Assembly (NCBI GenBank): GCA_965217185.1
Contig: OZ244252.1
Location: 960,001 to 1,024,000, forward strand
DNA from: an uncultured Candidatus Entotheonella sp.
GTDB lineage: Bacteria > Tectomicrobia > Entotheonellia > Entotheonellales > Entotheonellaceae
DNA length: 64,000 bases
Reading direction: 5' to 3'
A program made the position numbers and the translations under genes. Positions 38,766 to 49,345 of this stretch are shown here, piece by piece; position 1 is the first letter of the stretch, and each line of letters opens with the position of its first letter. The notes below the pieces were generated by a model, which was not told where the DNA came from, did no database searches, and worked only from the letters and a program-made list of their open reading frames with translations.

Positions 38766-39116
38766 CTACTTGTCAAGAACCTCGCCACACGCACGACAAA
38801 TACGCACCTTCTTGCCGTCCTCAAGAAACCGGTGACCAACTCGGACGCCACGACTGCATCGGCTACAAACAAGCATCACGTTGGAAATGTGCAGTTTCCC
38901 TTCGCGTTCAATAATGCCACCTTGTTGCGTCTGTCGAGTTGGGCGAGTATGGCGCTTTATCATGTTCACACGCTCTACAGTCAAACGCCCTTCCCTGGGA
39001 AAGACTCGTAAAATTTTGCCCTGTTTACCGCGGTCTTTGCCGGCGATCACTTTAACGATATCGTCTTTCCTGACATGCCCCCGTCCTTGGGGAGCAATAT
39101 GCCCTGCCCGCGCCAT
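38766..39116 (-). CDS. rplX: 50S ribosomal protein L24
   Basis: VKVIAGKDRGKQG, GGIIERE..HISNV. Confidence 0.96.
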   Translation of the reverse strand: MARAGHIAPQGRGHVRKDDIVKVIAGKDRGKQGKILRVFPREGRLTVERVNMIKRHTRPTRQTQQGGIIEREGKLHISNVMLVCSRCSRGVRVGHRFLEDGKKVRICRACGEVLDK

Positions 39117-39138
39117 ACTCTGCTCCTTCACTGTGCCA

Positions 39139-39507
39139 TCAAAGCACTTCCGGCGCCAAAGAGATAATCTTCATATAGCCCTTAGCACGTAACTCACGCG
39201 GCACGGGTCCAAAAATGCGCGTCCCAATAGGTTCGCCCGCATCATTTATGATCACTGCCGCATTGTCGTCAAAACGGATGTAGGTACCATCAATTCTGCG
39301 AATCTCTTTCCTTGTGCGGACTACAACTGCCCGGCGTACATCGCCCTTCCTAACGGCGGCATTGGGTAGGGCCTCTTTAACAGAAACGACAACCACATCT
39401 CCCACATGCGCGTAGCGTCTCCTTGTTCCCCCAAGCACATGGAAACACTTCACCTTACGAGCGCCGGAATTATCGGCCACATTGAGAACTGTCTCTTTCT
39501 GTATCAC
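39139..39507 (-). CDS. rplN: 50S ribosomal protein L14
   Basis: [33 protein letters not shown]. Confidence 0.97.
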   Translation of the reverse strand: MIQKETVLNVADNSGARKVKCFHVLGGTRRRYAHVGDVVVVSVKEALPNAAVRKGDVRRAVVVRTRKEIRRIDGTYIRFDDNAAVIINDAGEPIGTRIFGPVPRELRAKGYMKIISLAPEVL

Positions 39508-39806
39508 TCGTTCTGTCCCTCAGACACGGTGGTGGCCGACGCCGACGTGGCGTTTACACGACGGCGCACGATTTCTTGCAAACGCCAACGCTTCGTCCGA
39601 CTAAGCGGACGCGTCTCGACAATCCGCACCACATCGCCTATTTGGCATTGGTTCTGCTCATCGTGAGCATGATATTTCTTACTGCGTCTGATAACCCGTT
39701 CGTATATTGGATGGCGAACCCGCCGCTCAACCATGACCGTGATGGTTTTATGCATGCGATCACTCACCACTTCCCCGAGCAGGGTTTTTCTTTTGTGCGC
39801 TACCAT
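39504..39806 (-). CDS. rpsQ: 30S ribosomal protein S17
   Basis: [31 protein letters not shown]. Confidence 0.96.
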   Translation of the reverse strand: MVAHKRKTLLGEVVSDRMHKTITVMVERRVRHPIYERVIRRSKKYHAHDEQNQCQIGDVVRIVETRPLSRTKRWRLQEIVRRRVNATSASATTVSEGQNE

Positions 39807-39819
39807 TTCCGATATCCCT

Positions 39820-40026
39820 CTAACCCTGCTTTGCAGAGGCCAATTGGCGCTCACGCTGAATGGTCTTCACGCGAGCGATATCTCGCCGCACAACCCGCAT
39901 ACGGCCGGCATCTTCGATTTGGCTTGTCGCCAGCTGGAAGCGAAGATTAAATAGTTCTTCAGTAAACTCTTTGTATTTCTGGTCCAGTTCGTCTTCGGTA
40001 AGCTCACGCAGAACCGATGCTTTCAC
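39820..40026 (-). CDS. rpmC: 50S ribosomal protein L29
   Basis: [20 protein letters not shown]. Confidence 0.95.
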   Translation of the reverse strand: MKASVLRELTEDELDQKYKEFTEELFNLRFQLATSQIEDAGRMRVVRRDIARVKTIQRERQLASAKQG

Positions 40027-40232
40027 CGCGCCGCCCTCATAGTAGTGCCTTCTGATCTCTAACTAGACACGCTCTTAGCAAATGTTGCACTTCGGTTGTC
40101 GTTGTTCCTGACTGACTTGTGTCAGCTAGCCACGGACTCAGAAAACTCCCCCCACCTGCGAAAGGCGAAGTGGCAAGTATATCGCGACCATGCGCTCTCG
40201 GACAATACATCCACCACCGCAACGGCCGCAGG

Positions 40233-40640
40233 TTAGCTTTTTGTGAGGAAACGAGTGGCGATGGGGAGTTTGTGGGACGCCAGACGCATAGCCTCTCTTG
40301 CTACGTCTTCAGCCACACCATCCATTTCGTAAAGGATACGCCCAGGTTTCACAACAGCCACCCAAAATTCCGGCCCCCCCTTACCCTTACCCATACGCGT
40401 TTCAGCGGGTTTTTTTGAGACTGGCTTATCGGGAAAAATGCGGATCCATACATTGCCGCCACGCCGGACGTGCCGCGTCATGGCAATACGGCCTGCTTCG
40501 ATATGTCGGCTTGTGATCCAAGCTGGTTCGAGGGCTTGCAGGGCATATTGACCGAAACTGATCGTGCTGCCGCGGCTTGCCTGGCCTGTTCTGCGCCCAC
40601 GGTGCTGCTTTCGGAACTTTATCTTTCGTGGCATTAACAT
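40233..40640 (-). CDS. rplP: 50S ribosomal protein L16
   Basis: [31 protein letters not shown]. Confidence 0.97.
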   Translation of the reverse strand: MLMPRKIKFRKQHRGRRTGQASRGSTISFGQYALQALEPAWITSRHIEAGRIAMTRHVRRGGNVWIRIFPDKPVSKKPAETRMGKGKGGPEFWVAVVKPGRILYEMDGVAEDVAREAMRLASHKLPIATRFLTKS

Positions 40641-40657
40641 TAGTCAAATTGCCTCCG

Positions 40658-41335
40658 CTAGCGGCGCCGACGTAGACGCGGCCCCTCAAAAGCTTGTCCG
40701 TCTTGTTCAGGTGTCACGAACACCCCCTTGTACACCCACACCTTCACACCTACTTGGCCGTATGTCGTTTTGGCCTCAGCAAAACCGTAATCAATATCGG
40801 CACGCAAAGTATGAAGAGGCACCCCCCCCTCACGATACCATTCACGGCGAGCCATCTCAGCGCCAGCCAGTCGTCCTGAAGATTCAACCCGAATGCCTTT
40901 GGCTCCAAAACGCAATGCAGAGGTAATCGCTTTCTTCATTGCACGGCGAAAGGCCACTCGGCGCTCCAGCTGCAAGGCAATATTTTCTGCGATAAGCTGT
41001 GCGTCAATTTCTGCCTTCCGAATCTCTCGAATGTTTATAGACACTTGTTTCTGTGTCAGGTTTTGCAGTTCGTTTTTCAATTTGTCAACTTCTGCACCCC
41101 GCTTGCCAATAATAATTCCGGGACGAGCAGTGTGAATATTGATCTTGGAGCGGTTGGCAGCCCGTTCAATTTCCACCCGCGAAATCCCAGCATGATACAG
41201 GCGCTTCTTGATGTAGCCCCTGACCATAAAATCTTCGTGCAACAAATCAGCATAATTCTTTCGGGCATACCAATTGGACTGCCAAGTTTTATTTATGCCC
41301 AGTCGAAAACCGATTGGATGAACCTTTTGCCCCAC
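40658..41335 (-). CDS. rpsC: 30S ribosomal protein S3
   Basis: [36 protein letters not shown]. Confidence 0.97.
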   Translation of the reverse strand: MGQKVHPIGFRLGINKTWQSNWYARKNYADLLHEDFMVRGYIKKRLYHAGISRVEIERAANRSKINIHTARPGIIIGKRGAEVDKLKNELQNLTQKQVSINIREIRKAEIDAQLIAENIALQLERRVAFRRAMKKAITSALRFGAKGIRVESSGRLAGAEMARREWYREGGVPLHTLRADIDYGFAEAKTTYGQVGVKVWVYKGVFVTPEQDGQAFEGPRLRRRR

Positions 41336-41353
41336 AATACCCCCCTTTCAGGA

Positions 41354-41689
41354 TCAGGTTCCTCGTTCGCGCAAAACAAGCCGGACATGGCTCGTACGCT
41401 TGCGAATCGGGGTAGCCCTGCCACGTGCCCTCGGCATATACCGCTTTGTCGTTGGTCCTTCATCGACAGTGATATGTTCAATGAACAGATCATCTATGTC
41501 GCTGAGTCCCTTAAATTCCGCCGCATTTGCAACAGCCGATTTAAGCAGCTTTTGCACTGGCATAGCTGCCTTCTTACGAGCGAAACGCAAGATGTCCATG
41601 GCTTGGCTAGCACTCTTACCACGTACGGTATCAACGATCATCCTTACCTTACGCGGGGAAATTCGAAGATGTGTAACGCTTGCTTTCAT
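41354..41689 (-). CDS. rplV: 50S ribosomal protein L22
   Basis: RISPRKVR, LLKSAVANA, PRARGRA..IRKRTSH. Confidence 0.97.
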   Translation of the reverse strand: MKASVTHLRISPRKVRMIVDTVRGKSASQAMDILRFARKKAAMPVQKLLKSAVANAAEFKGLSDIDDLFIEHITVDEGPTTKRYMPRARGRATPIRKRTSHVRLVLRERGT

Positions 41690-41734
41690 ATTACGACGCT
41701 TTCCTTTGCACCGATGGAAGGTCGACGCACTGTG

Positions 41735-42019
41735 CTATTTTAAACCAGTGGTTCGCTTTGTCATGCCACTATGCGAACGAAAAGTGCGGGTCGGCGAAAA
41801 CTCCCCGAGCTTGTGACCTACCATATTCTCGGTTATATAAACCGGGATGAACCTTTTTCCATTATGCACGGCGATAGTATGGCCTACCATCTCTGGGATA
41901 ATCGTCGAACGCCGCGACCATGTCCGGATGACACGCTTTTCCTGAGCCTGCTCCATCAACTGAACTTTCTTCAGCAAATGCTCGTCAAGAAATGGCCCCT
42001 TCTTTATGGAACGACCCAC
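41735..42019 (-). CDS. rpsS: 30S ribosomal protein S19
   Basis: [32 protein letters not shown] start 42019. Confidence 0.97.
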   Translation of the reverse strand: MGRSIKKGPFLDEHLLKKVQLMEQAQEKRVIRTWSRRSTIIPEMVGHTIAVHNGKRFIPVYITENMVGHKLGEFSPTRTFRSHSGMTKRTTGLK

Positions 42020-42050
42020 ATCTGCCTCCCTGGTCTTAAACCAAAATCCC

Positions 42051-42875
42051 TCACCGTTTACGCCGCCGAACGATGAATTTATCTGTGCGCTTATTCTGAC
42101 GGGTCCTGTAACCTTTCGTTGGCACACCCCACGGTGTCACCGGGTGACGACCACCCGAAGTTTTCCCTTCGCCACCGCCGTGCGGGTGATCAACTGGATT
42201 CATTGCAACGCCACGCACGCGAGGACGCCTCCCCAACCATCGCGACCTCCCTGCCTTCCCCACAGAAACATTTTCATGGTCGGCGTTACCAACTTGTCCA
42301 ATGGTTGCCCGACACGTCACCAATACCAGACGCATCTCTCCTGACGCCAAGCGCAACTGTGCATATTTGCCTTCGCGCGCCATAAGTTGGGCGGAAGACC
42401 CTGCACTCCTAGCAAGTTGCCCACCTTTCCCTGGGGAAAGTTCAATGTTATGGATTGTCATTCCGAGAGGCATGTCGCTCAATGCCATTGCATTTCCGGG
42501 CCGGATGTCCGCCTGCGGTCCAGACATAACGGTTTCTCCGACTTGAATACCTGCCGGGGCCAAGATATACAGCTTTTCCCCATCCAGATAGTGCAAAAGC
42601 GCCACACGTGCGGATCGATTGGGGTCATATTCAATGGAAGCGACGCGAGCCGGAACTGCATCTTTCGTACGTTTAAAATCAACTACGCGGTAACGCCGCT
42701 TATGCCCTCCTCCACGATGTCTACTGGTAATACGCCCATTGTTGTTACGCCCGCCGGATTTCTTCACAGAACGAAGCAAACTCCGCTCAGGACTCGAAGA
42801 GGTAATCTCTTCGAACGTACTTACGGTTTGAAAACGCCTTCCTGGAGATGTCGGCTTGTAGTGGCGAATTGCCAT
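42051..42875 (-). CDS. rplB: 50S ribosomal protein L2
   Basis: [35 protein letters not shown]. Confidence 0.97.
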   Translation of the reverse strand: MAIRHYKPTSPGRRFQTVSTFEEITSSSPERSLLRSVKKSGGRNNNGRITSRHRGGGHKRRYRVVDFKRTKDAVPARVASIEYDPNRSARVALLHYLDGEKLYILAPAGIQVGETVMSGPQADIRPGNAMALSDMPLGMTIHNIELSPGKGGQLARSAGSSAQLMAREGKYAQLRLASGEMRLVLVTCRATIGQVGNADHENVSVGKAGRSRWLGRRPRVRGVAMNPVDHPHGGGEGKTSGGRHPVTPWGVPTKGYRTRQNKRTDKFIVRRRKR

Positions 42876-42889
42876 TTTCCCGTCCCTCG

Positions 42890-43177
42890 TTAGACCCCTT
42901 CGAAGAAGGTGATACTATCGCCTTCCCGCAAAGTCACATAGGCTTTTTTCCAATCAGGCCTCTTGCCTTCTCGCCCCCGAATCCGCTTTCTCTTACCTTG
43001 CATGTTTAAGGTGTTTATGCGCAAAACTTTAACTTGAAACAGGGCTTCAAGAGCTTGTTTGATTTGCAGTTTGTTAGCCCTCGGATTCACCTGAAATATC
43101 ACTGTGTTTTGCTGCTCGTTGTAGCGCATGCCTTTTTCAGTGATCAAGGGCCGTCTAACAATTTGATGATGCTCCAT
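42890..43177 (-). CDS. rplW: 50S ribosomal protein L23
   Basis: [22 protein letters not shown]. Confidence 0.96.
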   Translation of the reverse strand: MEHHQIVRRPLITEKGMRYNEQQNTVIFQVNPRANKLQIKQALEALFQVKVLRINTLNMQGKRKRIRGREGKRPDWKKAYVTLREGDSITFFEGV

Positions 43178-43178
43178 G

Positions 43179-43802
43179 TTAGGTAAGCCTCCCTGCAATT
43201 TTGTCCAGAGCTTCTTCGGCACAAATTATTGTAGTGTAATGCAATAAGTCGTATACATTCAATCCCGCCACGGGCAATACCTTGACCTGTTGAATGTTTC
43301 GTGCAGAGAGATGTAACGTCTCGTTCGGCTCTCCAACAAGCAAGAGCACCTTGGGCTCATCTGTAAAAATTCTAATCATCTGCACGATCTGGCGGGTTTT
43401 CGGTTGAGCAACATCAAACCGTTCAATAACACGAAAGGCATTTTCGCGTAGCTTTAGGCTTAAGGCGCCACAGAGTGCCGCACGGCGTTTCTTCTTCGGC
43501 ATGCTGTAACCATAGGAGCGTGGCATAGGGCCAAAGACAGTCCCTCCACCACGCCACAATGGTGAACGTCGGGATCCTGCACGCGCACGTCCAGTACCCT
43601 TTTGACGCCATGGCTTGCGCCCACCACCACGCACAGCGGAGCGATTCTTGGTATGCGCTGTTCCCTGCCGCCGGCGTGCAAGTTGATAACGTACAACCTC
43701 GTAAAGCAAGTGGTCTCTCACCTCGACTCCGAATACGCCATCCGGCAATTCGACTTGACGGAGGACCTGACCTTGAGAATCATATACGTCAATGTTCATC
43801 AA
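43179..43802 (-). CDS. rplD: 50S ribosomal protein L4
   Basis: RQGTAHTKNRSAVRGGGRKPWRQKGTGRARAGS. Confidence 0.97.
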   Translation of the reverse strand: MMNIDVYDSQGQVLRQVELPDGVFGVEVRDHLLYEVVRYQLARRRQGTAHTKNRSAVRGGGRKPWRQKGTGRARAGSRRSPLWRGGGTVFGPMPRSYGYSMPKKKRRAALCGALSLKLRENAFRVIERFDVAQPKTRQIVQMIRIFTDEPKVLLLVGEPNETLHLSARNIQQVKVLPVAGLNVYDLLHYTTIICAEEALDKIAGRLT

Positions 43803-44458
43803 CGTTCCCCCGTTTCCTGTGGGTGCTTTTTGCTGACCTGAACCAATATCATACCCCCGTTTGGTCCCGGTACCGCCCCCTTAACCAGCAACAGGTGACG
43901 CTCTTCCAGAAACCTGACCACTTCAAGCTTCTGCACTGTCACCCGCTCGTTGCCGTATTGCCCAGGCATGCCCCTGTTCTTAAAGACTCTGGAAGGGGTT
44001 GCGGAGGCTCCGATTGATCCTCCATGCCGGAAATGTTCGTGTGTGCCGTGAGTTCGGCTTTTGCCAGCGAAGTTATGACGTTTCATGACACCCGTAAATC
44101 CCCGTCCCTTTGATGTGCCGGTTACGTCCACATAACGCCAATTGGCAAAAATCTCGCCCGAAATCTGCTGGCCTTCCTCGAGCTCTTCGAGCGTCTGCTC
44201 GTCAACACGAAACTCCCGAAGCCAGCGTGTCGGGGGCACATTACTACGTTGGAAGTGTCCTCGTAGCGGCTTAGTGGTGCGTTTGACTTTGCCGGCCCCG
44301 AAACCAAGCTGGATCGCCGTATAACCATCGCGTGTTTGATTTTTCTTCTGGATGACCCAGCACGGACCGGTCTCGATAGCAGTGACAGGAATGACCTCCC
44401 CTTCGTCAGAGAAGATCTGAGTCATTCCCACTTTCCGTCCAATCAATCCCCGCAACAT
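43799..44458 (-). CDS. rplC: 50S ribosomal protein L3
   Basis: [40 protein letters not shown]. Confidence 0.97.
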   Translation of the reverse strand: MLRGLIGRKVGMTQIFSDEGEVIPVTAIETGPCWVIQKKNQTRDGYTAIQLGFGAGKVKRTTKPLRGHFQRSNVPPTRWLREFRVDEQTLEELEEGQQISGEIFANWRYVDVTGTSKGRGFTGVMKRHNFAGKSRTHGTHEHFRHGGSIGASATPSRVFKNRGMPGQYGNERVTVQKLEVVRFLEERHLLLVKGAVPGPNGGMILVQVSKKHPQETGER

Positions 44459-44471
44459 GTGCCCGGTTCTC

Positions 44472-44780
44472 CTACAGCTTGATTTCCACATCGATCCCTG
44501 CGGACAGGTCTAATTTCATTAGGGCTTCCACGGTCTGCGGGGTTGGCTCAACAATGTCCAAAAGACGCTTATGTGTCCGAATTTCAAACTGCTCACGGGA
44601 CTTTTTGTCAACATGTGGTGAGCGCAAAACCGTATATTTATTCAGAATTGTTGGCAAAGGAATGGGGCCCACAATTCTTGCCCCGGTTCGTTTGGCCGTC
44701 TCCACAATTTCGCCCACCGATTGATCGAGAACCCGATGGTCATACGCTTTAAGACGTATACGAATCTTTTGTCCAGCCAT
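44472..44780 (-). CDS. rpsJ: 30S ribosomal protein S10
   Basis: [32 protein letters not shown]. Confidence 0.97.
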   Translation of the reverse strand: MAGQKIRIRLKAYDHRVLDQSVGEIVETAKRTGARIVGPIPLPTILNKYTVLRSPHVDKKSREQFEIRTHKRLLDIVEPTPQTVEALMKLDLSAGIDVEIKL

Positions 44781-44816
44781 CGTTCCACCAAACCTTTATG
44801 TGATTTGTGTGCCACC

Positions 44817-46010
44817 CTACGCCAGTATTTCACTAACGACGCCTGCCCCCACCGTCCGGCCACCCTCACGGATCGCAAAGCGCAACTCTTTCTCCAAAGC
44901 AATCGGCGTGATTAACTCCACCTCCACGCCAACGTTGTCCCCAGGCATCACCATCTCCGTGCCCGAAGGCAACGTCACCACCCCCGTCACATCCGTCGTG
45001 CGAAAGTAAAACTGCGGCCGGTAACCATTGAAAAACGGCGTGTGACGACCTCCCTCGTCTTTCGACAACACGTACACTTCTGCCTGAAAACGTGTGTGCG
45101 GCGTAATCGAACCCGGCTTCGCCAATACCTGACCACGCTCAATCTCATCGCGCTTCACACCGCGCAACAACACCCCTATGTTATCACCTGCCTCGCCGCG
45201 GTCCAATATCTTCCGAAACATCTCCACGCCCGTCGCGACCGTCTTGTGCGTCTCCTTCATCCCCACGACCTCCACATCGTCGCCTACCGTCACCACGCCG
45301 CGCTCAACACGCCCCGTCGCCACCGTCCCTCGACCCGATATCGTGAACACGTCCTCCACGGGCATCAGAAACGGCCGGTCTATGGCGCGCTGCGGCGTCG
45401 GCACGTACTCATCAATCGCACCGATCAACTCAAAGATGCAAGCGGCCTCCGAAGCACTCGAGCCACCACTCTCCAATGCCTGCAGCGCACTGCCACGGAT
45501 GATCGGAATGTCGTCGCCCGGGAATTCGTACTTGCTAAGCAACTCCCGCAACTCCAACTCCACCAGGTCCAGCAATTCCTCATCGTCCACCATGTCCACT
45601 TTGTTCATGAACACCACGATGTAGGGAACCCCGACCTGACGCGCCAACAAAATATGCTCGCGCGTCTGCGGCATCGGGCCATCGGCGGCACTCACCACCA
45701 GGATTGCCCCGTCCATCTGTGCTGCGCCCGTGATCATGTTCTTCACGTAGTCGGCGTGCCCCGGACAATCGACGTGTGCGTAATGGCGGTTCTCGCTTTC
45801 GTATTCCACGTGCGCAGTAGCAATAGTGATGCCGCGGGCTTTTTCCTCGGGCGCCTTGTCGATCTGGTCAAAGGGCACATAGTCCGCCTTGCCTTCCGCT
45901 GCTAGTACCTGCGTCATGGCAGACGTAAGCGTCGTCTTGCCGTGGTCTACGTGACCGATCGTCCCGACGTTGACGTGCGGCTTGCTACGCTCGAATTTCG
46001 CCTTCGACAT
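44817..46010 (-). CDS. tuf: Elongation factor Tu (str-operon copy)
   Basis: [32 protein letters not shown]. Confidence 0.98.
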   Translation of the reverse strand: MSKAKFERSKPHVNVGTIGHVDHGKTTLTSAMTQVLAAEGKADYVPFDQIDKAPEEKARGITIATAHVEYESENRHYAHVDCPGHADYVKNMITGAAQMDGAILVVSAADGPMPQTREHILLARQVGVPYIVVFMNKVDMVDDEELLDLVELELRELLSKYEFPGDDIPIIRGSALQALESGGSSASEAACIFELIGAIDEYVPTPQRAIDRPFLMPVEDVFTISGRGTVATGRVERGVVTVGDDVEVVGMKETHKTVATGVEMFRKILDRGEAGDNIGVLLRGVKRDEIERGQVLAKPGSITPHTRFQAEVYVLSKDEGGRHTPFFNGYRPQFYFRTTDVTGVVTLPSGTEMVMPGDNVGVEVELITPIALEKELRFAIREGGRTVGAGVVSEILA

Positions 46011-46082
46011 TAACTTACCCCCCTCTGTGTCACAAATTCCTAAGCAATATGCTGCCTCGCCCGACTTCTATCCAAACGGCCC

Positions 46083-48149
46083 CTACACGGCACACAATTC
46101 CGTTTGCTTATGGGATGGAACGGCCTCATAGAATGCAAACTGCATCGTAAATGTCGCCCGTCCCTGCGTCCGGGAACGCAGGTCTGTAGCGTAGCCAAAC
46201 ATCTCTGCTAACGGCACATGGGCCGATACAACTTTAGCACCAGCTCGATCTTCCATGCCTCGCACTTTGCCTCGACGGCTATTCAGATCGCCAATAACAT
46301 CACCCATGTGTTCATTTGGAACCACGACTTCAACACTCACAATGGGCTCCAGAATTACTGGATTAGCGTTCTTTACTGCCTCCTTAAAAGCCATGGACGC
46401 CGCAACCTTGAAAGCGAGTTCCGAAGAATCAACATCGTGATACGATCCATCGTAGAGAATAGCTTTCATGTCGACTACCGGATGTCCTATGAGAATACCA
46501 TGCTGCATTGCCTCGGCGACACCCGACTTCACGGCCGATATATATTCTCTGGGAACCGCTCCGCCAACAATGGCATCTTCAAATACATAGCCAGAGCCTC
46601 GTTCCAAAGGCTCGAACCGCATCTTAACGTGACCATACTGACCTCGACCACCGCTTTGTCTCACAAATCGTCCTTCGGATTCTGCGACATGCTGAATCGA
46701 TTCCCTGTATGCCACCTGAGGGCGGGATACGTGGGCAGCAACCTGAAATTCCCGTGCTAGGCGGTCCACGAGAATTTCGAGGTGTAACTCGCCCATACCA
46801 GAAATGATGGTTTGACCGGTTTCTTTGTCAATCCGTACCCGGAAGGTCGGGTCCTCCCGAGAGATTTTGCTGAGCGACATGCCCAGTTTGTCGCTGTCAG
46901 CTTTGGTCTTTGGTTCAATAGCAATTGCCATCACTGGCTCGGGAAACGTTATCGCTTCCAGGACGACTGACTGAGAGGTGTCGCACAGCGTATCGCCGGT
47001 TGCCGTATTCTTCAGACCGATTACCGCTCCGATGTCTCCAGCCTGAATTTCCTTCACGTCCTCTCTCTTGTTGGCATGCATTTTCATCAGGCGCCCGATG
47101 CGTTCTTGTTTATCCTTAGTGGAGTTGTACACGTAAGAACCTGCCTCCAACACCCCGGAGTAAACCCGCACGAAGACTAATTGTCCCACATAAGGGTCAA
47201 CCATGACTTTGAACGCTAACGCCGCTAGGGCATTGTCGTCGGCAGCACGAAAAATTCTTTCTCCTGTTTTGGATTCTATGCCAGCCATAGGGGGGACATC
47301 GACGGGCGAGGGCAAGTAATCGACAATGCCATCCAGCAGAGGTTGGACGCCTTTGTTCCGGAATGCAGCACCGCAGAGAACCGGTGTGATTTGATTGTTG
47401 ATTGTACCTTGACGGATTACCTTGGCGAGCTCTCTAGGGGTAATAACTTCCTCGGCCAAATACCGCTCCATGAGAGCCTCGTCCAATTCGGCCGCGTCTT
47501 CGAGCAGACGCGCTTGATATTGTCTCGCCTGCTCGTGGTAAGAATCAGGAATGTCCGTCGTACGGTACCCAACTCCTAGGTTGTCTTCGTCGTAGACGAT
47601 TGCTTGCATTCGCAGGAGGTCGATCACCCCGCAGAACTTCTCCTCACTGCCCAATGGCAGTTGTAAAATCACCGGAGAACTCCCCAAACGCTCTTCTATC
47701 GCCCTTACCGTGCGAAAAAAATCGGCCCCGGCGCGATCCAACTTGTTCACGAATGCTATGCGCGGCACACGATACTTCTCCGCCTGCCGCCACACCGTCT
47801 CCGATTGCGGCTCCACACCTCCTACCGCGCAGAAAAGGCCCACTGCGCCATCAAGCACGCGCAAGCTTCGTTCCACTTCGGCCGTAAAGTCCACATGCCC
47901 CGGTGTGTCAATGATGTTGATGACATGGTCACCCCAGGCACATGTCGTGGCAGCGGAGGTGATTGTGATGCCTCGCTCCTGCTCCTGAACCATCCAATCC
48001 ATCGTGGCAGAACCTTCGTGGACTTCACCTAGGCGATGCGACCTGCCGGTGTAATAGAGGATGCGTTCAGTCGTTGTCGTCTTTCCCGCGTCAATGTGCG
48101 CGATGATGCCGATGTTACGTGTTCTTTCCAACGGAACTAGCCGGGGCAC
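46083..48149 (-). CDS. fusA: Elongation factor G
   Basis: [39 protein letters not shown] start 48149. Confidence 0.97.
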   Translation of the reverse strand: MPRLVPLERTRNIGIIAHIDAGKTTTTERILYYTGRSHRLGEVHEGSATMDWMVQEQERGITITSAATTCAWGDHVINIIDTPGHVDFTAEVERSLRVLDGAVGLFCAVGGVEPQSETVWRQAEKYRVPRIAFVNKLDRAGADFFRTVRAIEERLGSSPVILQLPLGSEEKFCGVIDLLRMQAIVYDEDNLGVGYRTTDIPDSYHEQARQYQARLLEDAAELDEALMERYLAEEVITPRELAKVIRQGTINNQITPVLCGAAFRNKGVQPLLDGIVDYLPSPVDVPPMAGIESKTGERIFRAADDNALAALAFKVMVDPYVGQLVFVRVYSGVLEAGSYVYNSTKDKQERIGRLMKMHANKREDVKEIQAGDIGAVIGLKNTATGDTLCDTSQSVVLEAITFPEPVMAIAIEPKTKADSDKLGMSLSKISREDPTFRVRIDKETGQTIISGMGELHLEILVDRLAREFQVAAHVSRPQVAYRESIQHVAESEGRFVRQSGGRGQYGHVKMRFEPLERGSGYVFEDAIVGGAVPREYISAVKSGVAEAMQHGILIGHPVVDMKAILYDGSYHDVDSSELAFKVAASMAFKEAVKNANPVILEPIVSVEVVVPNEHMGDVIGDLNSRRGKVRGMEDRAGAKVVSAHVPLAEMFGYATDLRSRTQGRATFTMQFAFYEAVPSHKQTELCAV

Positions 48150-48367
48150 GGGAACCTCATTTCTCTTTCTGCAACGCGCAATACCAAGTGTAATGAGCAC
48201 TGGCAGTGTTCACTAGTAATTATTGAACCCAATCGAAAACGCTACAATTTGGCATCCGAAAGGCGTGCCCCAGACGGTGAGCCAACGCCCTTGCTCTCGT
48301 CACAACCCAACTGGCAGCACCCAAAGGTGCTGGGCGAGGAATTTTTAATGGAAAGTTACGGATGGGA

Positions 48368-48838
48368 TCACCAACGATAATGAGCGAAGGCTTTATTGGC
48401 TTCCGCCATACGATGTGTGTCTTCTTTTTTCTTTACCGCGTTTCCCGTATTACGATACGCATCAAGTAGTTCTGCCGCCAAACGCCTTAACATCCCTCGG
48501 TCGCTACGAGCGCGAGCGCTCCCGATAATCCAACGCATACTCAAAGCGATCCGTCGGTCAGGCGGGACGTCCACTGGAATCTGGTAGGTGGACCCTCCCA
48601 CTCTGCGTGACCGCACTTCGATGACAGGCCGCACGTTATCCACGGCTTGTCGGAATACCTTCAGTGGTTCTTCGCCAGTTTGTTCGCCAAGCACGTCCAT
48701 CGCACCGTACATGATTCGTTCAGCGATACTTTTCTTGCCGCGCTTCATCAGGACATTGACACAACGCGTGACGAATACGTCGCCGTATCTAGGATCCGGC
48801 AGAACCGGTCGTTTCGTCACAACTTTTCTTCGTGGCAT
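48368..48838 (-). CDS. rpsG: 30S ribosomal protein S7
   Basis: [37 protein letters not shown]. Confidence 0.97.
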   Translation of the reverse strand: MPRRKVVTKRPVLPDPRYGDVFVTRCVNVLMKRGKKSIAERIMYGAMDVLGEQTGEEPLKVFRQAVDNVRPVIEVRSRRVGGSTYQIPVDVPPDRRIALSMRWIIGSARARSDRGMLRRLAAELLDAYRNTGNAVKKKEDTHRMAEANKAFAHYRW

Positions 48839-48902
48839 GCAGCCTCTCCAAAAATGAAGAGGAGGCGGCATGAAAATTCACTACCGCCTCCCTCGAACTC
48901 AA

Positions 48903-49271
48903 TTACGATCTCTTAGCCCCGTATTTCGACCTGCCCTTTTTGCGGTTTTGAACCCCCATCGTATCCAAAGTACCGCGCACAATATGATACCGCACGCCCG
49001 GCAAATCCTTCACGCGCCCACCCCGGATTAAAACAATTGCGTGTTCCTGCAAATTGTGGCCGACACCCGGAATGTATGCCGTCACTTCGATACCATTGGT
49101 AAGCCGTACACGTGCCACCTTACGCAGGGCGGAGTTCGGCTTTTTTGGTGTTGAAGTGTAGACTCTCGTGCAAACCCCGCGTTTCTGAGGGTTTGAACGC
49201 AACGCGGGGCTAGAGGTCTTTTTCTTCGCCCGCTTCCGTCCCTTTTGAATCAACTGATGAATCGTAGGCAT
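48903..49271 (-). CDS. rpsL: 30S ribosomal protein S12
   Basis: [30 protein letters not shown]. Confidence 0.97.
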   Translation of the reverse strand: MPTIHQLIQKGRKRAKKKTSSPALRSNPQKRGVCTRVYTSTPKKPNSALRKVARVRLTNGIEVTAYIPGVGHNLQEHAIVLIRGGRVKDLPGVRYHIVRGTLDTMGVQNRKKGRSKYGAKRS

Positions 49272-49345
49272 AAGAAACCTTTTATCAAAAACTGATATCT
49301 GTGTGTACAACACAACTCTATGGATTGTCAAGAATTACTGCGCTT

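Noticed and set aside
40037..40222. 61-aa ORF between rplP and rpmC
   Set aside because: TTG start, no RBS, no recognisable similarity; not called as a gene.
45042..45905. Long antisense ORFs over tuf (also 61525-62388) and similar shadow ORFs across GC-rich genes
   Set aside because: These are codon-bias shadows of real genes with no recognisable motifs.
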